From contig NW_004797337.1 in the NCBI RefSeq assembly GCF_000002075.1, positions 843,894 to 907,893 of the forward strand: a stretch of DNA of 64,000 nt, given 5' to 3'. Below the pieces are notes generated by a model, which had not been told where the DNA came from, made no database searches, and saw nothing but the letters and a program-made list of their open reading frames with translations. This DNA comes from Aplysia californica. Taxonomy: Eukaryota. Positions 26,161-39,200 of this stretch are shown in pieces; within the stretch, counting starts at the first letter, position 1; every line of letters begins with the position of its first letter. The position numbers and the translations under genes were made by a program.

Positions 26161-26202
<42 letters not shown>

Positions 26203-27191
26203 NNNNNNNNNNNNNNNNNNNNNNNNNNNNNNNNNNNNNNNNNNNNNNNNNNNNNNNNNNNNNNNNNNNNNNNNNNNNNNNNNNNNNNNNNNNNNNNNNN
26301 NNNNNNNNNNNNNNNNNNNNNNNNNNNNNNNNNNNNNNNNNNNNNNNNNNNNNNNNNNNNNNNNNNNNNNNNNNNNNNNNNNNNNNNNNNNNNNNNNNNN
26401 NNNNNNNNNNNNNNNNNNNNNNNNNNNNNNNNNNNNNNNNNNNNNNNNNNNNNNNNNNNNNNNNNTGTCTGCAAATTGGAGCACCAAACATTTGCAAACA
26501 GGTGTGCAGCGTTTCGAACAGATTGAAAAGGTTGATTTTGAGATGTCTGCAATATAATTGACAAAAGAAAAAAAAAGAAAAGAAATTAAAAGAACCTCCT
26601 CTTTAATGGCATATACGTTGATCTTTTCACGTTTTTTCGGAGTTTTCTTTTTGGTATATTCCGTTAGACCTAGTTTAGTTTTGCGTGTACTCGTACGTGT
26701 GCGTGTGTGGGTTTTATGTTGGGGTTGTTGTTGTTGTTGTTGTTGTTCTATTTGTTGTTATTGTTTTTGTGGTTGGGGGGGGGGGGGCTGTGGGTGTAAG
26801 CGCTTATGCTGAACGCGTCATCGAAAGATAATTTCGTGTCAGATTTCAGAAAATTGGAGACCTTTAACCTGTTCAGACTTATCTGCTCTAGACCTAATCC
26901 TTTTTTCCGCTTATTTTTCGTGTTCAGAACCTAGGCCAATGAGTTCAGGACGTCATATTATTTATGTGCCTGGAGATGGACAAATTCAAAAGATCGATAA
27001 TTTAGCACGAACTCGACCTCTGGACGCGAATCGAAAACCTTGCTTGATGGATCCAAATCTCGTGACGTCCCTTCTATATATTAACTCTAATCTTCGGCAT
27101 TAATTGTGCGACCCATTTGTGCCACAAGCACTGTAAAACTGTTAGAAAATCTCAAATTTGAAGACACCCGTCCAACAACAATAACCACACT

Positions 27192-27237
<46 letters not shown>

Positions 27238-30200
27238 GCAACAACAACAACAATTCAATCATCAAAACCTGTTAAGACTACAGCAAAAGAGAACAACAAT
27301 CATATGAAATCCTCCTACTTCTCTATCACAGACAGTGTTTCCAGAAAAGAAAAAAAAAAAAGAACGAAACATACCAAGAACATAATTACAAACAGCAAAA
27401 AAACCCCCAAAACAACAACATACAAAAATCCAGGCCCTTAAAAATGGTGCTACAGCAATGGGTCTATAATCATTGCAGAGCACAATCTCTTTCCTTGTCG
27501 AGGTACTCAAAAAGTTTCCCGAAGACTTGTCAGAAGACATTTTCTAGCGGGTGTGAAGGAAGCTTGCTCGATTTGTGACGAGTTTTTTGTTTAGTTTCGT
27601 CTTGTTTTTTTGGTTTTTTTTTCGTTTAGTTTTGTTCTTCCCCCGTGAGTTCAACGCCCTGCCTACAACGAGACTCAGGTTACTTCCAAACCGGGGGACT
27701 TTCCATTAACAGCGCTGAGTGACAATAAAATTATGAAATCATGTAATTGTAAACAGTCGTGTTAAAACACAGGCACACATCTGCTTGCTCGCGCGCGCAC
27801 GCACACTCGCGCACGCACACAAGCACACTCACATGTACGCGCATACACACGCACGCACGCACGCACGCACGCATACACGCACGCACACACGCACNNNNNN
27901 NNNNNNNNNNNNNNNNNNNNNNNNNNNNNNNNNNNNNNNNNNNNNNNNNNNNNNNNNNNNNNNNNNNNNNNNNNNNNNNNNNNNNNNNNNNNNNCGGTTT
28001 TATCGGGGAAAATTTGAGCGACATAACCGTCTAACCCACGCAGTTTCGTTAAAAGCGATTTTTAAAGGAAAAAAAGGTCTACAGTTTTTCGGTAAAGTGT
28101 TTTTATAGGTGTTTAAAGCATTGATTTATCGCTAGACGCCTTTGTTTTGAAATAAAACAGTTTTTTCCTTCTCCTGTAAAATTTACCTCGCTGGGGTTAG
28201 CCGGTTTTATCACAAGGCCGACGAAGTGCTGAAGAGTGACTGACTGTGATTCCAAGTACTTTTTGTGACACGAGCAGGCTGACAGGTTAGGCCTAGTGTC
28301 AATATTCTGGAGAAGTTTTCTTAAAAAGCAGTCAGTCACCTGCTGAATCATTATATCAGATTTGATGACAAATGATCAGGATACAACAACGAACCAGGGA
28401 CAAGTTTGCTCTCATCGACGATGTTTGGGATTTCTTCCATACAAATATAGCTAAGCACTGCCACTTTCATCCTGTACATCCCAAACACACCAGACCAATA
28501 TGGAATTAAAATCTTCTAGATGTGTGACTTGAAAGCAGCTACCCACTTAGAGGCTTCCCCTACTTGGGCAAAGGGCACACAGGACCAAGACCAGACACAG
28601 AGAACAACAATGCCGTTGGTTCCAACACTAATCTAAAGCTGACTCAAAACTTCAAGGGCAGTGGCAGAAATATCACTTCTGACTATTTTTTACCAGTCTT
28701 GACTTGGCTGAAGTTCTGGAAAAAGACAACCTTACTATGGTGGGCACAGTTAGGAGGAACAAAACATTTCTCCCTGTGAACTTCCAGGAAAAAAAGAACT
28801 TGGCTCTTTCGGAGTCAGCATTTGTATTTCGAAAGAATGTATCTCTGGCCTCCTATAAAAGCAAGAAACAAAAAATGTCCTTCTCCTCAGTACAATGCAC
28901 TCTGCTCCTGGAAGATCTGGGTACAAAGGAAAGCTTGAAATTGTCCTGCACTATAATTATAACAGAATCAAAGGTGAGGTGGATGCAATGGACCACATGC
29001 TTTTGCCGTGAAACGTAAGACAAACAGATGGCCCCTCAGTTCCATTGCCTCACGTGTCATTTGTCAAGCCATGCTCCCCAATGATAATCTTTCACTCACA
29101 GACAACAGGCAGCTCTGCAACATGGCAGTGGCAAGACAACTGGTTGTCCAGCAGATCACATGGTGCTCAACTGTCTCTACACTCAATCTACCAATCAAAC
29201 AAAACACTAAGACAGTGCTTCAGTCTCTGACCCCCACTCAAGTGTCGTCTGTTCTATCCAAAGTCAAAGAAAGAGTTCCAAGCCAAATGACGAGTCTCCT
29301 GGGTCTCAAAAGCAAAAGAGATGTGTACAGTTCCTGGCCAAAAAGGATCAGAAGACAAAGTCTCGATGCCAGTAGTGTGATTGTCACATTTGCAAGGACC
29401 ACTCAGTTTTTCTTTGTTTTTACTAACACCACTTTCTTTTGAATCTTTCATTCTTTGTGCTGGTGCAAGAACAACAAGTGGCGTGGCAATCACACCGCTC
29501 GCACCTTGACATCAGCTTGTCTCCTTATTTCCGTTCATGTTTCAAGTTTCTGTGGAAAATTAAACGTTCTGTCCATGTATTTCATGCCTCTATAACCTTT
29601 TTCATATTACATGTTTGACACTTCTTAGTTGGGATTGTTTCACACATTAACCTGTCTGATCCTTCTGTCTATAAAAGAAAGTGTACGGGTGTTAACCATC
29701 CAGCCAGTATTTCCTAACAAAAAAGTATAAGGGTGGACAACACGCACCCGGTAGAAATCGACCTAAAAAAATTTGACCAGTNNNNNNNNNNNNNNNNNNN
29801 NNNNNNNNNNNNNNNNNNNNNNNNNNNNNNNNNNNNNNNNNNNNNNNNNNNNNNNNNNNNNNNNNNNNNNNNNNNNNNNNNGTGTCCATAACATAACGAA
29901 AAATAACTATATTATTGTATTCGACGGGAGGGACTGGGGGATAGACAAGGTGAAGTGAGGGATTTGAGGCGGGAGGATGGGGGAGGAGGGGGCAAACCAT
30001 TCAGTTTCAAGTTGTAGAAGCTAGTTATGTACAACCTAAAAGTGCCACACTGTCTCCCCTACTTTCAACAAGACTAAAGAAGCTCCCAGTCTATTCATAA
30101 CCTCCCCTTCTTCCCCCAACAGAGAAGAACAATTTCGCCGAGGTGTAGAGGCCTCCGAGCTGAGGTTTTCCTTCCAAAACGGCGTCGTGGCTCAAATCTG

Positions 30201-33200
30201 TTCCGGCCAATCCGAGGATGCCTGGGTGACCAACTTCAAGAAGGGAATTCTCTCCAGCTTCCAGAACAGCATGGATGACCTGACGAAGGCCCAGAATCTT
30301 ACAGAGGTAATGTCACAGTCTTGATATTTAGTCACGCACATCCCTCGGAAAAATAGCTGAAAGTCAAAGTTTAATCCCATCAGGCTTGAAAACTTAAAAC
30401 TGTTTAGTGTAGATAGAGATAAAAAAAAAGCACTACTTATTATTCCCAGGCAAAAGATAATAGCCTTATATTTTCTTTAACAGCTATTTCCTTGGTTTAA
30501 AAAAAGTTAATATTCGTATCTGAGTCAGTGCCTTTATAACTTTCAGAAATGGCAATAAAGAGGCTTATATGTTTGATGAAGAAATAAAGTTTCAAGGAGG
30601 ACTTTTTGTATCTGTGAGTTACTTCAAATTCAGCTTTATGAGGGTTCCACATCTCCCCTAAAAAACGAAAGAAAATGATGGCTGACACCCTGTTATTCAA
30701 AATGCTCTACTCTACATCAGCCTCACGATACGAAGCACAACAAGATAGTTCATTCAGCCAAAAAAAGTGTCCCCGGAAGTCCGCGCAATGGTTCAGATGA
30801 CGCTACAGTCTTTGCTCTCTTTCGTTTCTCCAGAAGAGAAATAGGAGTACCACTGTTTGTTAGTTTCTTTTTTTTCACACTAGTAAGGTAACTCTGATCG
30901 CAAAGTTCGCACTTTTTCGAAGAGGGGGCTAAGAATTTTAAGGACACTTTTTTTAAGTTGGCTCAAAGAGAGAGAGAGAGAGGAGTGCATTATCTTGTTT
31001 GGTTTAGAATTGAACTTTACGATCTCCCCATTCCATCCCCACAGACTGATGTTGCCGGCGAGTGCCGCACCGAGTACAAACTGGTCAGCGACGGCTACTA
31101 CAGCGTCAGCATCAAGAAGAGCAAGGACATTCTGAGCTGTACCAAACGTCACCAGTACAAGACCATGCTGCAGATGTCTCCTTACAATGTACCCTCTGTG
31201 AGTAAAATTTCAGACCTGCCTGGTATTTGGAGCTCGACACTCTGCTAGAACATTGTATATCAATCAGTTATAAAGTCTCTTATTCATTATGTCCCCATCT
31301 GTAAGAACAACGTTAGATCTGTGAATGTTGGGTACTTGACCCCCAGACAGAACATTCTACACCATTATTTTATAAGGTATCAATATTCTCTTTGTGAATG
31401 AAATGTCAGACCTGCCTATTTTTGGAGCTTGACCCTCAAGCAGAACTTTGAGGATAATCCATTTATAAGATATCAGATGTCCATCTCTGTAAGTACAACG
31501 TCCGATTTATTTTTCAAACTTGGCACACAACTGGCACGATGTATATCATTATTTTTCAGGTATCTATGTTTTCTATTTGTATTGAAAAAAAGCTTCTAAA
31601 AGTGTTTTGCTTTTCTCTTGCTGCCTTCTTTTTTTAATCAAAGACATTTATTAGTCACAGACCATCAGGGGATTAGTGTGTGTTCTACTGAGGTCTGCAT
31701 CGTATACTTTTCCAATGTTACTGTTACACTAAGAATACTATGTTCTTGGCAAAATTATTTACTTGTTATTTTGACTCATGGTGACCCCTCACGATTCAAC
31801 ACCACTGTCCCACCACCTCACAACTCAACACCACTATCCCACCTCCCACAGGAAATTCAGTCCCTCCCGATCATGAAGACCACACACGAGTGTGAGCAGG
31901 ACATCCAGAAGGCCGGAGTTCTCAAATCCAGCACGTGCACTGAGACTCACGTCTACAGGCCCTTCGCCAACGGAAACAGTGGAGGGATGACTGAGGTCAA
32001 GCAGACCTTGACTTACAGAACGTCTCAATCTGGAGGCAGATCTCGCCCAGGTAAAGACAAACAAGAAATGTTAACAACATCGCACGCACATATTAGATCT
32101 GTTTGGGCAAGTAAACGATGGAAGTACGTAATGTAGAAATTATTTAGGCTTTGACTCTTTTGAGTGTTGACGGTTGGCGAATGCTTTTGCGTTGTTTGCC
32201 CATTCTCTCCTTCTTCTTTTTTGTGTCTGTTGCCCTCATGTACACATTAAATGTTGGGCACCTATATGACCTAATTGTATTTCCACTGCCGTAAATGTCT
32301 TACTGAAACGACTCTTTTGGGCGGTGGTCGCGACACATGTTGTCCCAAAGACCGGCAAAGGAATGTGCTGAATTTGAAAAAAATGTAGGAGAGCAGCTAG
32401 CAACAGTATATAATGGCTTTGATATTGTCGGTCTATATTGCGCGATGTCCACCCTTATACGGGGTGCCAATTGCGTATGGGATCGGGTCGGGTTGGAGGC
32501 GATCGCCCAACTCGTCCCCTGAAAACAAACGCGTTTGTTTTTGAGGCGCCGATTCGGGCGCGATAGGCCTGTGCCATGATAGCCGCTTTGCACCTTCAAT
32601 CTGGCTAGCAAACCGACCTGACCAGACCTGATACCCCAATGGGCACCCAGTATTAGCTTTTATGCCCCACATCTTACCTTCGAGTATTTCCTTCATAATG
32701 ATGTATGGGCGTTTTATATGACCAAAATGTATCATTTTCTTTACTTCATGTTGTTAAACAAGGTGTATCTTGTGTGGAGAATATGTGATAATTATTATAT
32801 GTATCTATTTCACAGCCACCATCAGAAGTAGGGACACTCTGGTCTTTGACCACTCTGCTAGCCTGCCAGACACCAAGATGGCCCGTGTGGAGGCGGAAAG
32901 ACGTCTGCGTGACATCTGTGCCACGTCCCAGCATGACGTCAGATCAGAGTCCCCACGCCAGTTCTCCGATTTGGTCAGTGCCATGCGGTCACTCTCCCAG
33001 AAGGACCTGGAGGATCTGCACAAACTGCTCAAGACCAAGTCTCTCTGCCCGGAAAACGAGAAGACCTTGTAAGTTTTGGGAACAGTCTGGGTTCTGGGAA
33101 CGACTTGTAATTTGATTGTGTATGGAGGTCGCGACGTTCTTTATTATCACGATCTCATTGAGAACGCACTAGTTGCAAAGAATTAGGGTATGTGTTTAAC

Positions 33201-36200
33201 AGATGTTGGGATGTGTTTGCACTTTCGTTTCTATCAAATGTCTATCGTCTTTTTCTCTCCTTCTATTTTTTTGCCTGTTACTCTCTAGTAACAACTCTAA
33301 TCGTCGAAACTTATATGATCTAATTGAGTTTCAAGAACCGTAAAACTCTTAATAAAGCTAAACATTTTTTTTTAGGAAATAAAGAAAGGATTTGGCAGTG
33401 GATTGATACCAGAGCACGACTTTCAATTCTGATAAGTAATGTTTTCTGCACAAGAGAAGAAAATGCGTTGTGCAGTTTTTTAATTCACATTGATCTGCTA
33501 AAAGTGATATGTATCTACATGTAGTGTCCATAACATAACGAAAAATAACTATATTATTGTATTCGATGGGATATTTGTTAGACAATAGATTTTATACAAT
33601 ATTGGAGCAAAGCATTATTGAAAATACCGCCTGTCCCAAAATATGTCTATTGTCCGATTAGCGACTTTTAGTTTTCCCTAATTTGTTTTTTTCCCCTTAT
33701 TGAATAATTTACTGTAACTTAGAGGTACACTATACATTGAAGAACCAAGTGTCAGGAGTAATATGTAATATAAGCGAAAGGTTTTATTTCTATAACGAAT
33801 GTTGTGTTGTTTTCCCAGCAAATTCTTTTTGGATGCTCTGCCCCTGACTTCCACTGACGCATCTGTGAAACTGATGACGTCACTGATCACCGACAAAGAT
33901 GTGAAGGGCATGCTAGCTCAGGCCTGGATCACCTCTTTGGGTTTCGTTCAAGCCCCGACATCTGATATGCTTCTCAATGCTAAGGTATGATTATTGTATC
34001 CACTTTCCACACGAGAAATCACACTCAGCATCATCTGCATTTTTAATTTTGAGAGGGATACACAATCCGGCACGAGAGACGTAGACTTAAATGCTCGATT
34101 AAAAATTACTCCCGAATCAGGAATCGAACTAAAGTCTCTTGATTGCGACCGCGAAACGCCTAACCACTACACAACAGACGCTGTTACCCAATGTTTACTT
34201 TTTTACATTTAGTCGGCATTCTATTCAGTCGTTCAGTCTGCCAGTGATTTATGGACATGAGAACTCACTGATATGATTGTATTATTTCACTGTATAGACA
34301 GCATAACTCACATATATGATTATATTACTTCACTGTATAGACAACGTAACTCACAGACATGAGTGTATTATTTCACTGTATAGACAACTAAATTCACAGA
34401 CATGAGGGTATCATCTCACTGTATGGACACCTGAACTCACAGACATGAGTGTATCATCTCACTGTATAGACAACTGAACTGACAGACATAATTGTACTGT
34501 CTCCCTCAGACCCTGGTGGACAGTGAGCACACAAGAGCGGAGTCCCTCCTGCCTGTCTCCTCCATGGTCAACAACTACTGCAGGAAGATGACGTCATGTG
34601 ACCAGGACTACGCCGTGCTCAGCGTTATGGCCTCCCTGGAGAGGGACATTGGCTACTACTGCGACGCTTCTGGAAAGAATTTTGAAAAGGTTAGAACACA
34701 AATATTTAATGAGCAATAATTGGTTAGGTTGATTCATTCTAATTTTACAGAGTACCAACATTTTCATTCGTCCACGACGGAGAGGGGGCCAGAGAGAGGG
34801 AAAGAGCGTACAGAAACATAAGATTTTCCTTCAGTGTTGTAACCCTCTTCTAAATATTATATCCAACCAAAGTGTTCCTGTGTTTTCTATTATTAACTCT
34901 TTTCGGTCTCTAAGCGCAATAATGCGACGGTGAAAATTCTCCGTTCCGGTCACATGGGACTGCACCAGGCCCGAGAAGTCCGTTGCAGTCACTCTCCTGG
35001 GTGGGTGACCAGGTGGGGTATTTCGTACTTCTCGCTGTGTGACTGCAAAGTGTTAATTTGACGACACCTATTATTATTTACCGTTCTTCGTTCGGCCACT
35101 AGATCTACACCATCCAAGATAATAAAAACTGCCTTTACTTTTCCCTTCAAAGCTTTGTTTCTTCCCCTCAATTATATAACCAAACTCGTGTCGATAGTGC
35201 CGTAAAATTTGTACTCAACCAAATCCCTCAAATCCCCGCAGGTCCTTCTGTCCCTGAGAGCCATCGGGAACGCCGGACACGCCACCCGTGCCGCTGACGT
35301 CATCAACAGGTGTCTGAGCGCCACTTCCAACCCGCTGGAGATCCGGGTGACCGCTGCTGAAGCCTTCAGACGGATGCCTTGTGGCGCTAAGGTGAGGGAT
35401 ACGCCCCCTTGAACTACTAGGCGAACCTGCTTTAACGGCCACCAGTATAAGACAATCGCCTGTACTAACGGTCACTTCCCATTTCCTCTTTTGTATTTTC
35501 TGTCCTGTATGAAGAACGCATTTAGTTACGCAGGTCTATGAAGTACAATGAAAATCAGATAAAGACTGCATCTACACACAGCTCTACAATATGCAAGTTA
35601 TTTCTTTGTTAATGAAAAAAAAGGTTACCAACTCGATTTGATGTTGTCTTGTAGTCAGTGGGTTTCACAGATGAGTTCTCGTATCAGCTATAAATTTTTG
35701 TTCTGTAGATTTTGCATGTTTGTATGGTGCCTCACCTTCTGTTGTGACATTTGACTTCTGAGACAGAATACCACCCGTTGTTTCTTTTTGTGGACAGCAG
35801 AACATCTATTTCTATGTGTGCTACAGAAAAGCATAATATGTTATATCCACGTTCGTTGCAGAACATCAATGGGTATTTTTATGTGAATGTGTGTATATGT
35901 GTGTTTTGTTCAGGAAACTGAGCTGTGGAACACTTACGAGAACGGCGACCTTGACTCCGAACTCCGAGTGGCCGCCTATCTAGCCCTGATGCGCTGTCCC
36001 AGTGACGCAATCCTGGGCAAAATGGCCGCCAGTCTGGTCAACGAGGAAGATGACCAGGTCGGATCCTTTGTCTACAGCCACTTGACTAACCTGAGAGAGA
36101 CCTCAGACCCACACAAGCAAGACGTCGCACGTGCTGTGAAAAAGTGAGTTGTTGTTGGAGACGATCTCGTCTTGGCTGTTTGACTCACGTGGTGATTTCG

Positions 36201-39200
36201 AGACCTTATAAACAAAGAGGTTTATTAATTCGTCGTGTGGGATCAAAAGGATTCAATCTATTAATAACATACTAGAATCTACACGGGAATCGTCGTTTCG
36301 TTCTAATGTGACTATTCTGCTCCCGTAAAATGCTCAGGGAAAAGGGTTTCTATTTTGCTTTTGGGTTTAGAATTTATAAACTTTGACGTCCAATGTCTCA
36401 AAAGTGCTAAAAATGCAGCATATAGTCTTTATAACCTCCTGCTGCGTTGTTTCTATAACTCACAAGTGCCCCTCCTAGAAGTTATGCGTGCTGATATAAT
36501 AAACGTTATTGTGATTAGAAAATTCGTTCCTCAAAAACAAACAAAGCTCAGTATCAATTTATTTTGCTGTTGTTAAATATCTGTCATTAAGTATACAAGA
36601 AATGCAAGACAGACAGACTGAAACATTAGAAAGTGAAATACGAAAGAGGACTTACTAATGATGCCTTTTAACCACCCGCATAAATCTTCGTGAAAAACAA
36701 AACACACTAAGAATTATTTTTTTGTTTAATATTCGAGGTTTTGTCTCTGTTCACAGCGGAGTATTGGGGGATGAGGTAGGATGGGGAGAAGGGGGGGGGG
36801 GGGTGGGGGATGAGAGGAGGTGAAGAAAGATTTAGTAAGGTTAGTGGCAAGCCAGGTGGATGTAATGTAAATCTGTTTTGACATTCTATCTCAGTTGCAG
36901 TAGTGAAACAATCGTTTTTGACCGCACCTCACGTCACTTGTCTATCCCCAGCCTCGCCCTGGAAAAGGAGTTTGACCTGAACACCCTCAAGTTTTCCCGG
37001 AACTTCGAGGCTTCCACACTCCTCAACAAACTGAACACAGGATTCACGGCCGAGAGCAACCTCGTCTGGTCCAGCGTCTCCCAGATGCCCAGATCTGTCA
37101 CCGGAAATCTGACCATTGACCTGTTTGGTCAAGCCATCAACTTGATGGACTTTGGAGCTCGTCTTGAAGGGTTGGAGTACCTCATGAAGAATCTGTTCGG
37201 ACCCTATATGCCAGAAGAGAAGAAATTCAAGGTATTACTTGAGCATGATCAAAGTGTGGTTGGTTTAATATATTTGAAGCAAAAATGTTTTGACAGTTTT
37301 GGTTTTCAAGACATCATAATATAAAGCAACATGTGATTGTTACAAATCTGCAAGTGTAACGAGAAACAAAGCAAGCAGATATGCAACCTCAAGGTCTTGC
37401 CTTTTGACATGTAGCTTCTTATTGAAAACACAATGATTCATTACTTCCACTGTTTAGAAAACAGCATTTGCTGCATGTTTACTAAATGATCCATTATTTC
37501 ATTGTCTAGAGAATAGTATTTGCAACAAGTGTCCATGCACTTTTTAACGCAGCAATAACAACAATAACAACAACAAAAACAACAACAACAACAACAACAT
37601 TCAGCCAATCAAGAACTCTTCTCTCACAATCAACAACAATTCTCGATGTTCTCAGAGCCCCACGAAAGCAGAAGATGTCGAAGGCTCCGTCTACGGTCGA
37701 GTCTTTGGTAACGAGATGTTCTTCATGCACAGCAAGACAATGACTTCCCCCTTCAAGAAACTCCCCACAACCTGGCTGGACCTTCTTATCCAGCTGTCCA
37801 AGAAACAAGACTACACCCTGACCCAGTCAGCTCAGTTTATGGACGTCAGGTAAAGGGAACACATTTCAAACTGTTTTTGTCGTTAGCGTGACCTACGGGA
37901 ACTTTTTGTTGTTATTACAATGTTGGTTTGGGGGGGGGGGGGGGATACTACAAAAGAGTAGCGCTTTAAAGTCACAGGTAAAACCATAAGAAGGTGATCT
38001 ATCTTATACTTTGGCAGACAAGCCCTCCAGTTTAGATAAGGGAAAGGCGCTGCTATTCCTGATGTTTGTGATCATTACAAGCTGCTTGCTGTTATTTTCC
38101 TATACTTTATTCTTATAGTTGCAATAGTATTGTCCCCAGAGCTTGAGGCATTTTAAAGATTGTAGCACGTTTAGGACAAAGACTTGAATAATTACTTTTT
38201 TTCAATTGGGCAAGAAAAGCTAGTACGTTTTCGTGAACATCCAACTACTTCCTTTTCACCATCGCCTGAGATGTAGCAATTAGACGCTTTGCCATCGCAC
38301 GCAGAAGGCCCAAATTCAGTTCCCGTGTAGAGGGAGTTTTACCGAGTATATCAGTCTTTCTGATTGGACAATGTACCCTTCTCAGGCCACGTTGGCCATA
38401 TCAAGCAGCGTCAAAGCCCGCCTCTCAAATGATCTGAACTGTATCGATCGGGGTGTAAAAACACCTACATTTTAACAAAAACCCTCCACCCTGGTGTCCC
38501 CAGCATGATCATCCCCACAACGGCCGGTCTGCCCATCCACATCGACGTCAACGGAACCGGCACTCTGGACCTGGTCCTCAGTGGAAAGATGGACCTCCGC
38601 AAACTGGGCTCTTCTCCCCGCTCCCTGGACATTGATGGAGAAATCCGACCAAGGTTAGTCGCCTCACTTTATCAAGTCAACAAGTTACTCTTTCTGATGA
38701 ATTGTTGTAAAAACTGAGAATCTTCTGATATGTTGGAGTCTTCACAAATACTTTAGAGACGGGGTATTTAAGGGCGGGGGGACAGTATAATTGCAATTAC
38801 AATTTGTGACTGGAGAATTGAAGCTGAAGTGAAATCAAGCACAACCCTTTTGTTGTATATCTCAAAACACAAGAGTTCAGTGCATAATTTTAGGGCTTGT
38901 AGATGTCTGTTGAACAGCTATGCAGATTTTGAAAGCAACTGCCACTCATTGTTTAATAAAAGAATCAAATGATGTTATCTATTGCGTTCCCCAGATAGCA
39001 TTCCTCTGTGCCGTAGAACTCATCAAAGTGGTAACATCAGGAAGTGACATATGTGGTTTTCTGGGGCACTTGATATAATAAGAGCTTTGAACGTCTTGCT
39101 CTTATGAAAATATAAAAGGCATATGGAGCAGGGGCAGACCCAGACAAAACTATTTTTGGAAAATCTGAATAAATGGTTGAGGAGGAAACACCAGGATAAT

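Noticed and set aside
24870-27441. Pro/Ser-rich and Thr-rich ORFs resembling extensin or mucin
   Set aside because: Translations of (CCT)n and (AAC)n simple repeats
27440-27540. Minus-strand NDYRPIAVAPFL peptide
   Set aside because: Tiny RT-like remnant, too short to annotate reliably
34251-34495. Regular ~43-bp repeats as a CRISPR-like array
   Set aside because: Head-to-tail degenerate units without unique spacers, intronic eukaryotic context, no cas genes
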